Source: a virus
Length of the DNA: 64,000 bases
Direction: 5' to 3' (one strand)
IMG/VR virus record: IMGVR_UViG_3300034284_000578
Coordinates: 44,577 to 108,576 of that record
Both the position numbers and the translations under genes were made by a program. A model generated the notes under the pieces. The model was not told the origin of the DNA. It saw only the letters and a program-made list of their open reading frames with translations, and searched no databases. Of this stretch, positions 48,637-57,577 are shown in pieces. Each line of letters begins with the position of its first letter. The stretch's first letter is position 1.

Positions 48637-48664
48637 ATTATAAGGGGTTTCGCAAATCTGTCAA
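48637..48664 (-). promoter_or_regulatory. Consensus sigma70 promoter on the minus strand (antisense)
   Basis: + strand tgtcaa (48659-48664) reads TTGACA and attata (48637-48642) reads TATAAT; 16-bp spacer. Confidence 0.7.
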
Positions 48665-48685
48665 GACAAAAATATAGGAAATCGC

Positions 48686-48713
48686 TTGCTTTATGCGAGC
48701 GTTGTAGTATCAT
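48686..48713 (+). promoter_or_regulatory. Putative promoter for the gp55 operon
   Basis: TTGCTT (48686-48691), 16-bp spacer, TATCAT (48708-48713); back to back with the antisense promoter. Confidence 0.55.
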
Positions 48714-48733
48714 ACTCACAAGCGGAGAACATT

Positions 48734-49330
48734 ATGAAAAAGAACAAAAAGAAAAAGAAGAAGCAAGAAGAAGTTATAGAAGAGCCTCTTCCTGAAGAAG
48801 TAATTGAAGAAATTCAAAAGAAATCACATTACATCAACAATAAAATGTTTTTTGATGAAATGGTTGAATGGAAAACAAAAGTAAACGAATCAAAAGAGGT
48901 TGGAGATCCCATACCACCAGTAACTCCGTATATTGGTCAATGTTTTATGGAAATTGCTGAAAATTTGGCAAAGAAACCAAACTTTATGAATTATCCATTT
49001 AAAGACGATATGATTGGTGATGGGGTTGAAAATTGTTTGATGTATTGCTCAAACTTTGATCCCACCAAATCGAATAATCCCTTTTCTTACTTTACCCAAA
49101 TAATTTACTATGCGTTCTTGCGTAGAATTCAAAAAGAGAAGAAACAAACATTAATTAAATACAAATACCTAAAGTCTTTGGATACAAAAGGTGATTTATC
49201 TGAATACTTAAAGCATATGGGTATAAGTGAAGACGAAGAAAATTATTTAAAAACATTAGATGAAGAGACACCCAAAAAGCCAAAGAATAAAAAGAAAAAT
49301 CGCAAGAGTCTAATAATGGAGGATGAATGA
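48734..49330 (+). CDS. gp55: Late-transcription sigma factor gp55
   Basis: HYINNK.F, YIG.CF..IAE.L..KPNF.NY...DDMI.DG.ENC and NPFSYFTQIIYYAFLRRIQKEKKQ motifs. Start reassigned to ATG 48734, after GGAG. Confidence 0.97.
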   Translation: MKKNKKKKKKQEEVIEEPLPEEVIEEIQKKSHYINNKMFFDEMVEWKTKVNESKEVGDPIPPVTPYIGQCFMEIAENLAKKPNFMNYPFKDDMIGDGVENCLMYCSNFDPTKSNNPFSYFTQIIYYAFLRRIQKEKKQTLIKYKYLKSLDTKGDLSEYLKHMGISEDEENYLKTLDEETPKKPKNKKKNRKSLIMEDE

Positions 49331-50376
49331 AAATAGCATTTTTGGCTGATACTCATTTTGGTGCTAGAAATGATGCTCCATTATTTTTAGATCACTTTTT
49401 AGACTTTTTTGAAAATCAATTCTTCCCGTATTTGGAAGAACACAATATTAAGACAATAATTCACTTGGGTGATCTAATGGATCGCCGCAAGTTTGTTAAT
49501 TTTCATACACTAAATCAAGTTCGCAAGAGGTTTATAGACAAATTAAAAAATGGCAACTACGAAATGCATTGTATTGCGGGCAATCATGATACCTATTTTA
49601 GAAATACTAATGATGTTAACTCTCTTCGAGAATTGTTTGACGGAGACTTCAAGATATACGATTTTTTACCAGCAAAGGTAAACTTTAGTGGAGTTGATTT
49701 TGTATTTGTTCCGTGGTTAAATAAAGCAAACAGTGAACAATCTTTAGAGTTCATTAAAAATACCTCTGCTGATTTTGTTCTTGGTCATTTTGAATTTGTG
49801 GGATATCAAGTTCTCCGTGGGGTAAAGCACGAAGAAGGAACCGATCCATCTTTGTTCTCCAAGTTTGAACACGTTTATTCGGGACACTTCCATTGTAAGC
49901 AAACAGATAAGAATATCTCATATCTTGGCACACCTTACCAAATAACATTTGGTGATGTTAATGAACGCAAAGGTTTTCATGTGTTTGACACAGATACCCG
50001 CGTTATGGAATTCATCCCAAATAAAAACCGAATGTTCTATGTTCTTCGTTATAATGATAAAGACGAAGATCCTATGAAAATTGATTTTACAGAATATAAG
50101 AACAAGTTTGTAAAAATTATTGTAGAAACAAAAACTAAACCATACATTTTTGATAGATTTATGGATAGTCTTTATGGTGCTCAAGTAGCAAACTTAACGG
50201 TTGCGGAAGAGCAAAACAATGATATACTTTCGGTTGATAAAGTTGATGCATCATTGGATACGGTATCCATCATCAATAATGAAATTGATGGGATGCAAGA
50301 AGTTCAGAATAAAGAAAAACTTAAGAAGATTATTCATGAACTTTATTTAGAGAGCCTTTCTTCACAAGAAACATGA
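49327..50376 (+). CDS. gp47: Recombination nuclease gp47 (Mre11/SbcD-like)
   Basis: DTHFG.R, HLGD..D.R, GNHD and SGHFH metallophosphoesterase motifs. Confidence 0.96.
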   Translation: MKIAFLADTHFGARNDAPLFLDHFLDFFENQFFPYLEEHNIKTIIHLGDLMDRRKFVNFHTLNQVRKRFIDKLKNGNYEMHCIAGNHDTYFRNTNDVNSLRELFDGDFKIYDFLPAKVNFSGVDFVFVPWLNKANSEQSLEFIKNTSADFVLGHFEFVGYQVLRGVKHEEGTDPSLFSKFEHVYSGHFHCKQTDKNISYLGTPYQITFGDVNERKGFHVFDTDTRVMEFIPNKNRMFYVLRYNDKDEDPMKIDFTEYKNKFVKIIVETKTKPYIFDRFMDSLYGAQVANLTVAEEQNNDILSVDKVDASLDTVSIINNEIDGMQEVQNKEKLKKIIHELYLESLSSQET

Positions 50377-50936
50377 ATATTTTTGTATTAGATAACAATC
50401 CACGAATCGCCGCGCAAATGATGTGCGATAAGCATGTAGTTAAAATGATTCTAGAATCTTGTCAATTGATGTCTACTGCCCATCATGTTTTGGATGGTAA
50501 TGAGATTACAAGAACCACAAAGAACGGAAGAAAGTTTAAGACATGGGAAGTAAATAAGCCAGGATTTACTTTTTTGCGTTGCACTATGATAAACCACCCA
50601 TGCACCATATGGACTCGCGCAAGCGCAGAATCATATTACTGGTTGTGGGAACATACTCACGAAATGTTAAAAGTGTATCAAGCACGGTATAACAAAATTC
50701 ATTGTTATGACAATATGATTCAATATAGTTTGGCACATTGTCCGAAAAATATACCAAATAATACAATGCCACCATTTGCTCAAGCGATGCCGGATCAATA
50801 CAAAAATTCTGATGCGGTTCGGGCATATCGTGATTATTACATTCACGAAAAGTCTAGATTTGCAAAATGGAAAACAGGAAATGCACCATCTTGGTATACG
50901 GAAGGTGTGAGCAGCATAAATACTGTACAAACATGA
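50373..50936 (+). CDS. Pyrimidine-dimer DNA glycosylase family protein (DenV-like)
   Basis: MNIF.LD..P..AA...CDKHVVKMILE..Q..STAH, NHPC.IW.R and AYR.YY...K..FAKW motifs. Confidence 0.8.
   Translation: MNIFVLDNNPRIAAQMMCDKHVVKMILESCQLMSTAHHVLDGNEITRTTKNGRKFKTWEVNKPGFTFLRCTMINHPCTIWTRASAESYYWLWEHTHEMLKVYQARYNKIHCYDNMIQYSLAHCPKNIPNNTMPPFAQAMPDQYKNSDAVRAYRDYYIHEKSRFAKWKTGNAPSWYTEGVSSINTVQT
50915..50922 (+). promoter_or_regulatory. Putative late promoter CATAAATA for the gp68-like gene
   Basis: One mismatch to consensus, 10 nt before ATG 50933. Confidence 0.5.
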
Positions 50937-51367
50937 TTACAATAGTAGAAAATATAATTACAGTAGATACAGAAGAAGAAACCAAAATGGTTGAATTGTT
51001 TTTGGAAGAAAACCATTTTGATTTTGATTTATTGTGTAATAATTTTTTAATATACGATCCGGTTGACGAGTTACTTGAAGAATTTATGGATTCTTCTTTG
51101 GATATTTTGCTTGACGAAGGCGTTGCACAGCGTAAAATTGTAGTCAGAAACGGAAAAAGAAAAGTTATCTTTAGATGCAAGCCCGGTGAAAAGAAAATAG
51201 GAAGACGTTGCGCTCGTAGAAAGAGTTCCGAGTTGGCAAAAATGCGTCGGCGCGCCAGACGGGCTGCTAGAAAATCAAAGAGTAAAAGAGGTCGTGCATT
51301 AAGAAAGAGAAGAATTTCTTTGCGTAGAAGAAAGACTCTTGGTGGTGCTAAGAAGCACAAGCATTAA
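50933..51367 (+). CDS. Prohead core protein, gp68-like (acidic N-half, very basic C-half)
   Basis: ATGA overlap with the upstream gene gives start MITIVE. L-D-E is followed by ...RRRARRAARKSKSKRGRALRKRRISLRRRKTLG, similar to the basic tail of T4 gp68. Confidence 0.6.
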   Translation: MITIVENIITVDTEEETKMVELFLEENHFDFDLLCNNFLIYDPVDELLEEFMDSSLDILLDEGVAQRKIVVRNGKRKVIFRCKPGEKKIGRRCARRKSSELAKMRRRARRAARKSKSKRGRALRKRRISLRRRKTLGGAKKHKH

Positions 51368-51369
51368 TT

Positions 51370-53073
51370 ATGATTACATTTACTAAGATTCGTTGGAAGA
51401 ATTTCCTTTCAACTGGAAATAGTTTCACAGAATTAAATCTTACAAAAAACAAATCCACCCTAATCAGTGGTGAAAATGGTGCAGGAAAGACAACCTTTCT
51501 TGATGCTATTTCATTTGTATTGTTTGGAAAACCATATAGAAATATTAATATTCCACAACTTGCAAATAGCATCAATCAAAAAGATTGTAGGGTAGAAATT
51601 GAATTTACTATTGGAAGTTCAGAATATAAAATTATTCGTGGTTTAGCCCCAAAGATTTTTGAAATTTATAAGGATGGAAATCTTTTAAATCAAGATTCCA
51701 AATCCAAAGATTATCAAAAAATGCTTGAAGAGCAGATTCTTAAGATGAATCATAAGTCTTTTTGTCAGGTTGTAATTCTTGGCAGCACAAACTATGTTCC
51801 ATTTATGCGTTTAGCCGCAGCAGAGAGAAGATCAATTGTAGAATATCTTTTGGATATTGATGTGTTTTCTGTAATGAATACTCTGCTCAAAGCAAAGGTA
51901 TCTACTGCAAAAGACGGAATTAAAGATATTGAACACCGTCTTGCTATCCTAATGGAGCGCGCCAAAGCACAAAAGAATCACATTAAGGTTCTTCAAGAAA
52001 AGAGCAAGGAATCGAAGGATAAGATCCTAGTAGAAATAGATACAAACCAAAATACTATTTCCGATCTACAAAAAGATATTGAAAAACTATCACAAGCAAT
52101 AGATAATCTGTCTGGTCAAACTAGTACTGGTGATGAAGATGAATTCGGTAAAGTTTCATATCAAATATCTCATTTAAATGAGCAGATTGCTAAACTGAAC
52201 AAAGAGATTACATATTACCAAAAAAACAAAGAATGTACTCTTTGTAAGCAAAAACTTTCAGAGGAACACAAGAGCGGAATTGTGAGTGGTCTAGAAGCAA
52301 GCAAATCTGAACTCGGATCTAAAGTTGAAGAACTAAACAAAATAATTGCTGAACTTCAAGTGGGAATTGAAAATGATCGCAAGATCGGTAAACAAATTCT
52401 TGCACTCGAAAAAGAAGTAGCAGAAAAGAATAATACTATCTCTGCCTGCAATCAGTTTATTTCTAAGTTGCAAAAAGAAATGAATAAAGATGATTCTGTT
52501 GACTTTACAGCAGAAGATGCAAAACTAAATTCAATAGTAGAAGAGGGAAAGAAGGAAACAGAACTCCGTCAGGAGATGTCTGACGATCTTCATTACTATT
52601 CTATTGCTGCTCTGCTTCTCAAGGACACCGGAATCAAAAGCAAAATCATCAAGCATTATCTTCCAATTATGAATAAGGTAATCAATGGTTATCTTGGTAA
52701 GATGGATTTCTTTGTACAGTTTGAACTGAGTGAATCTTTTGAAGAAACAATCAAGAGTCGTTACCGCGATATCTTCACTTATGATAGTTTTAGTGAGGGA
52801 GAAAAGCGCAAGATTGACTTGGCTCTATTGTTCGCCTGGCGTTACATTGCACAATTAAAGAATTCTCTCAACTGCAATCTATTGATCTTTGATGAAGTTA
52901 TGGATGGTAGTCTTGACGATTCTGCCACAGAAGCATTCTTGAATATTCTAAAGGGTTTGGATAAGGGGACGAATGTTTATGTAATTTCCCACAAGTCCAA
53001 AGAAATTCTTCAAGACAAGTTCCAAGATCATATTGTATTTGTAAAAAGAAACAATTTTAGCAAGATACTATGA
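51370..53073 (+). CDS. gp46: Recombination ATPase gp46 (Rad50/SbcC-like)
   Basis: WKNFLSTGN; Walker A GENGAGKTT; Zn-hook CTLC; signature FSEGEK; Walker B LIFDE. Confidence 0.97.
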   Translation: MITFTKIRWKNFLSTGNSFTELNLTKNKSTLISGENGAGKTTFLDAISFVLFGKPYRNINIPQLANSINQKDCRVEIEFTIGSSEYKIIRGLAPKIFEIYKDGNLLNQDSKSKDYQKMLEEQILKMNHKSFCQVVILGSTNYVPFMRLAAAERRSIVEYLLDIDVFSVMNTLLKAKVSTAKDGIKDIEHRLAILMERAKAQKNHIKVLQEKSKESKDKILVEIDTNQNTISDLQKDIEKLSQAIDNLSGQTSTGDEDEFGKVSYQISHLNEQIAKLNKEITYYQKNKECTLCKQKLSEEHKSGIVSGLEASKSELGSKVEELNKIIAELQVGIENDRKIGKQILALEKEVAEKNNTISACNQFISKLQKEMNKDDSVDFTAEDAKLNSIVEEGKKETELRQEMSDDLHYYSIAALLLKDTGIKSKIIKHYLPIMNKVINGYLGKMDFFVQFELSESFEETIKSRYRDIFTYDSFSEGEKRKIDLALLFAWRYIAQLKNSLNCNLLIFDEVMDGSLDDSATEAFLNILKGLDKGTNVYVISHKSKEILQDKFQDHIVFVKRNNFSKIL

Positions 53074-53522
53074 ATCTGGCAACAATAGACAATTTAAAAG
53101 AAGTCATGGGGATATTCAAGCAACACAAAGAATATTTTCCCCATATACGCCAAGATTATATTACCCGGAAAATAGTTGCAAAAAATACTATATTCGAAGA
53201 TAATGTTGTAATCACCTTTAGCCTATATAAAAAGGATGTCAAGTTGGGTAACTTGACCGTTCCAAAGGGTCAAACAATGCTGCATCAGATTGCAGCAGGG
53301 ACACAAGGTAACGGAAGCGCATCTAAAGTTTTGAATCAATTTTTACAATATGCAGGAACCGATGTATGGCTATCAGTCAGAGCAAACAACGAAAGAGCAA
53401 TAAAGTTCTACCTGAAGCACGGGTTTCAGGAAGTGGGAACAATATCGTGGATGGGCGGGAAACTGCCGGGAGTGATTTACAGGTGGGAAAGAAACCCTTT
53501 TACGAGCGTAATGACCACGTAA
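53070..53522 (+). CDS. GNAT-family acetyltransferase
   Basis: LHQIA...QGNGSA (acetyl-CoA motif A) and WLSVRANNERAIKFY.K.GF..VG (motif B). Confidence 0.85.
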   Translation: MNLATIDNLKEVMGIFKQHKEYFPHIRQDYITRKIVAKNTIFEDNVVITFSLYKKDVKLGNLTVPKGQTMLHQIAAGTQGNGSASKVLNQFLQYAGTDVWLSVRANNERAIKFYLKHGFQEVGTISWMGGKLPGVIYRWERNPFTSVMTT

Positions 53523-55069
53523 TTAATAATCTAGATGTAAATGTTTACTTTGAGGATCTACTTGCAATGACTCCAAAGGAGTTTGAGCAATGGGTAATCA
53601 AGATGCGTAAAGCAATTCTGGATTCATGGGACACATATGGTTGTCCCCCAAGAACAGGAAAAGACGAGCAAGATATAATTGATCAGTTTAATCAACTGGG
53701 ACAATATCCTGTTCATGAATTTACACATTCAGATGAACTATCTAATGTTCCTGATGATGTAATTGTAAATAAATCTCGCATCGGTGTAGAAGTAGATCAG
53801 TGGTTCTCAAATATGTTTAAGACGAGAATCAATTATTCTGCGAACGATACGGGATATTCCATTTACGATATGTTTGCTGACGATAAGTATTTGCCACGAA
53901 TGATTCGCGGCACTATGCGTCATTTGCGTCGTGACTCTTTCTATAAGCATGCCTTATCCACAATCAAGCACGATAAAAAATATTCTGTAGTAGATGTAGC
54001 ATCTGGTGATGAATGGATGGAAGCATTTTTTAATAGTTCATCCGTATTTACTGGTTACGATTTTATGCTAGAGCAAGTTGCTCCACGGGAAGGTGCTAGT
54101 AGTAGTTACTTCCAACTTGAGCAGTCTAACATTCTTCAACTGACAAAAGAGCAGTTTGAAAAGTGGAAACCCAAGATGGCATATCGGCATTATTCTACAT
54201 TCGATCATGAGAATTTACCAGACGATCAATTATATGCCATTCGTCTGTACAAGAAGGGTGAAAGAGTTTTCCCCGCCGGTTTTGCTTCTTTCCGTATTGG
54301 TTATATTCAACCCGCAGTCAACTTTCCACCAATGACTGCTAAGTATTTGTATGAGAGATTTACAGAACACTGCAAGGATCAAGATCGTATTGTAATTTAC
54401 GATCCATCTAGTGGATGGGGTGGTAGAATTCTAGGAGCAATGTCTATCCGCGATGACAGGAATGTACACTATGTTGGAACTGATCCTAATCCCGAAAATT
54501 GGCAATGTGATGGTCACTCTTCTAAGTACCATGCTATTGCAGATTTTTATAATACAAAAACATATAGAGCGAATCCCTTCTTTTCTTCAACTAATACTTG
54601 CGATCTATATCAGCTTGGCTCTGAAGTCATTTCTGAGAACACCAACTTCCAACAATACAAAGGCAAAGTAGATTTGGTATTTACTTCACCACCGTATTTT
54701 AACAGAGAAGCATATTCTGAAGATGAGAATCAATCATATAAGAAATTTTCTTCATATGATTCTTGGCGAGATGGGTTTTTAAGACCAACACTAGAAACCT
54801 GTGTTTCTTATTTAAAGAATGATAGGTATCTTTTATGGAATATTGCTGACTTATTGGTAAGTGGTGATTACCTTCCATTAGAAGAAGATTCTAGAAAAAT
54901 ACTAGAGTCTTTGGGTATGGAATACAAATTTACATTAAAGATGGCACTGGAAAACATGCCCGGTCAAAATCGTGTGGGTGAAGATGGTTTACCAAAGTGT
55001 AAAAATTATTGTAAGGTTAATGGTAGATTTCACAAATACGAACCAGTATTTGTTTTCTATAAACCTTGA
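53483..55069 (+). CDS. Amino-DNA methyltransferase (N4-C/N6-A type) with a long N-terminal extension
   Basis: SAM motif YDPSSGWGGR..G, G.DPN, catalytic FTSPPYF..E.Y. The frame is open from 53366; a start at GTG 53483 (after GGGAG) is more likely. Confidence 0.8.
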   Translation: MGKKPFYERNDHVINNLDVNVYFEDLLAMTPKEFEQWVIKMRKAILDSWDTYGCPPRTGKDEQDIIDQFNQLGQYPVHEFTHSDELSNVPDDVIVNKSRIGVEVDQWFSNMFKTRINYSANDTGYSIYDMFADDKYLPRMIRGTMRHLRRDSFYKHALSTIKHDKKYSVVDVASGDEWMEAFFNSSSVFTGYDFMLEQVAPREGASSSYFQLEQSNILQLTKEQFEKWKPKMAYRHYSTFDHENLPDDQLYAIRLYKKGERVFPAGFASFRIGYIQPAVNFPPMTAKYLYERFTEHCKDQDRIVIYDPSSGWGGRILGAMSIRDDRNVHYVGTDPNPENWQCDGHSSKYHAIADFYNTKTYRANPFFSSTNTCDLYQLGSEVISENTNFQQYKGKVDLVFTSPPYFNREAYSEDENQSYKKFSSYDSWRDGFLRPTLETCVSYLKNDRYLLWNIADLLVSGDYLPLEEDSRKILESLGMEYKFTLKMALENMPGQNRVGEDGLPKCKNYCKVNGRFHKYEPVFVFYKP

Positions 55070-55093
55070 CAACGCAGCAATGCCTGATACACT
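55066..55093 (+). promoter_or_regulatory. Sigma70-type promoter, probably giving a leaderless mRNA at ATG 55101
   Basis: TTGACA (55066-55071), 16-bp spacer, TGn-TACACT (55088-55093); ATG 7 nt downstream; no SD. Confidence 0.7.
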
Positions 55094-55100
55094 ATAACCC

Positions 55101-56255
55101 ATGAGCAAGAAACGCTACAAGTCCATCGGTAGGGGTGATACTGTTGAATCTGTATTACTTGGTGGTGAGCCAAACATTGCCGCCATGAAGATTACAGACG
55201 ATAGTGAACTCATTTGGCAAATTCAAAAGGCTTTGAATTGGTATAATTATAATTGGTCTGAAAAGGACTATCGCAAAGCCACACTAGAATATTTGAAGAA
55301 AAACAAATACAGCAAAAGCGATCAGGAGAAGGTGGAAAATGCATCAACCGTAAGTTTTGACTTTCGGTGTGTTGGTGCATATTGTCGCGTTTCTAACAAT
55401 GGCGTGGCACTACCTGAAGCAAAGAAGAAACTAGTTCAAACTCATATTGATAATTTGATCAAAGAGGGATCTAAAGTTCAATATTTGGCACCAGTTGCGG
55501 ATAAACCAAAAGTTTCAATTCAAGACAGAATTAATGAACAAGTTTCTGAATATATCTGCGAACTTGAAATTCGTGTAGATGAATTGGTTAATTATTTAAC
55601 AAAACCAACATCAAATAAATTTCAATTTGAAATAACAGAATGGATTCGTAAAAAGGATGTAAAGTCCATGCAAGCGCAAATGATTGCGGATTCTTTTAAA
55701 CCAAGAATTAAAGAATTGGAAGAAGCCATTTCTGGTAAAGATGAAGATTTAAAGCAAGCATATTCTTGGATCAGTAAGCCAAAACTTAAAAAGTACTTAG
55801 AATTCCATCAAGACATGGTTGTGCAATTACAAGCACAAGCGCAATTTGCAAAGAAGATTCGCAAACCAAGAAAGAAGAAAAAGAAGAAGCCAGAGCAATT
55901 AATTGCAAAATTAAAGTATCAGAAGGAATGCACTGAGTTTAATTTGAATTCAGTTGATCCTAGAGAAATTATTGGTGCAAAGAAATTAGTTGCATTCAAC
56001 ACAAAATATCGTACACTTACTGTGTACGACGCATCTCCTTTGGTTGATGGTTTTACAATCAAAGGAACTACACTAATTGGTTTTGATGAGGGTTCTTCAA
56101 AAACAAAGAAACTTCGTGATCCTAAAAGTGTACTCTCGCGCATGATTGGTGGCGTTCGTGCCATTAATAATGCATGGGAAACTGTTAAAACAAAAGAATC
56201 TGTCCCGAATGGCAGATTTAACGAAAATACCGTAATTATACAGGTAATTAAATGA
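55101..56255 (+). CDS. Conserved hypothetical T4-like protein (basic)
   Basis: ALNWYNY, L.EAY, S.DP..IIGA..L..FNTK.R.L, KKLR.P and NGR.N..T.I motifs seen in aquatic T4-like phages. Confidence 0.75.
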   Translation: MSKKRYKSIGRGDTVESVLLGGEPNIAAMKITDDSELIWQIQKALNWYNYNWSEKDYRKATLEYLKKNKYSKSDQEKVENASTVSFDFRCVGAYCRVSNNGVALPEAKKKLVQTHIDNLIKEGSKVQYLAPVADKPKVSIQDRINEQVSEYICELEIRVDELVNYLTKPTSNKFQFEITEWIRKKDVKSMQAQMIADSFKPRIKELEEAISGKDEDLKQAYSWISKPKLKKYLEFHQDMVVQLQAQAQFAKKIRKPRKKKKKKPEQLIAKLKYQKECTEFNLNSVDPREIIGAKKLVAFNTKYRTLTVYDASPLVDGFTIKGTTLIGFDEGSSKTKKLRDPKSVLSRMIGGVRAINNAWETVKTKESVPNGRFNENTVIIQVIK

Positions 56256-57088
56256 TTCTAATTGACAATACACAAATCATACTTTCATCTATCTTTTCTC
56301 AATATAATTCACCGGATCAGTTAGATGAAGATATGATTCGACATATTACTTTAAACACATATCGTTACTATCGAAATAGATTCCATCAGGAGTATGGTGA
56401 ACTTGTAATTTGTCAAGACGCCGGTAATTATTGGCGTAAAGATATTTTTCCGCTCTACAAGCACAATCGGAAAAAGACTCAAGCAAAGGATGAATTTTAT
56501 TGGAAGCAAGTTTTTGAAACTCTTACTAAGATTCGTAATGAAGTTGCGGAAAATATGCCATACCGTACAATGCGAATTGAACGGTGTGAAGCCGATGATA
56601 TTATTGCCACTTTGTCTAAGCACTATCACACACAGGAAAAGATTTTGATTGTTTCCGGTGATAAAGATTTCAAGCAATTGATGCGATATCCAAATATTGT
56701 TCAATATAGCCCAAATCAAAAGGGATTTATTACATGTGAATCCCCGGATAAGTTTTTGTTTGAACACATCGTGCGTGGAGATTCGGGAGATGGTATTCCC
56801 AATATTCTCTCGGATGATGATGTTTTTGCTGTAGACGGCAAGAGACAAAAACCACTATCTTCTAAGAAGTTGGACACTTGGTCTAGCACAGGTAATGTGC
56901 CAAACGATCTACAAAGTAACTGGAACCGCAACCAAATGTTGGTAGATCTGTCCTACATACCTCAAGAGTATGAGCAGGCAATTCTTGCGGAATACAACAA
57001 ACCAATTACAGTAGATCGCAGCAAGATTTTTAATTATTTTGTTGAAAAAGGTTTGAAGAATCTTATGAATGACATTCAAGATTTTTAA
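56252..57088 (+). CDS. rnh: T4-type RNase H (5'-3' exonuclease)
   Basis: MILID, WR...FP.YK..R, EADDII, SGDKDF.QL and GD.GDGIPNILS motifs. Confidence 0.93.
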   Translation: MILIDNTQIILSSIFSQYNSPDQLDEDMIRHITLNTYRYYRNRFHQEYGELVICQDAGNYWRKDIFPLYKHNRKKTQAKDEFYWKQVFETLTKIRNEVAENMPYRTMRIERCEADDIIATLSKHYHTQEKILIVSGDKDFKQLMRYPNIVQYSPNQKGFITCESPDKFLFEHIVRGDSGDGIPNILSDDDVFAVDGKRQKPLSSKKLDTWSSTGNVPNDLQSNWNRNQMLVDLSYIPQEYEQAILAEYNKPITVDRSKIFNYFVEKGLKNLMNDIQDF

Positions 57089-57094
57089 TGGAGA

Positions 57095-57577
57095 TTGATT
57101 ATGGAAACCCCAGATGAAAACATACTTCGTCAGCAAGCAATGGCGAATCAAAGAAATATTATGCATAAAGCCGCTTCATTTGCTAAATCAATGGCATCTC
57201 GCGGCGTTACTAATAAAAAAGTAATACCAGAAACAAAAACATTACGACAATTGAGTTGTCATGGTGATGATAATCTCATTCCGTGTTCAAATAGAAAAGA
57301 AAGTGATAAATTTCCAAACTCATTCTATTGTGGTGCTTGTGGGTGTGGAGATAAGCAAGGAACTCAATTGATAGATTTGACTGTGGATGGTAAAGAAAAC
57401 TATGGCAAACTCGACTATCCTAAGGTTTGGTGTCCTTTGGACATGCCAGGATTTCAACCATACAAGCCATCAAGTCAAGAACCTATTGAAATGCAAAATA
57501 GTCGCAAAAAAGAAATTGAAAATCGTATGAGTGTCGAGTATATTACAGAGAAGTCTAAAGGAGAATCTATACAATGA
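57095..57577 (+). CDS. Cys-rich, putative Zn-binding hypothetical protein
   Basis: R..SC.G....PC, FYCGACGCGD and WCPL. The true start may be ATG 57101 (SD GGAG). Confidence 0.6.
   Translation: MIMETPDENILRQQAMANQRNIMHKAASFAKSMASRGVTNKKVIPETKTLRQLSCHGDDNLIPCSNRKESDKFPNSFYCGACGCGDKQGTQLIDLTVDGKENYGKLDYPKVWCPLDMPGFQPYKPSSQEPIEMQNSRKKEIENRMSVEYITEKSKGESIQ

Noticed and set aside
48601-48733. tRNA gene in the GC-rich intergenic island
   Set aside because: No cloverleaf or T-loop GTTCGA motif; only a 5-bp hairpin.
53485-53491. Lambda G-T type slippery site GGGAAAG
   Set aside because: It reads G GGA AAG only in the methyltransferase frame, so it cannot shift ribosomes from the GNAT into the MTase.
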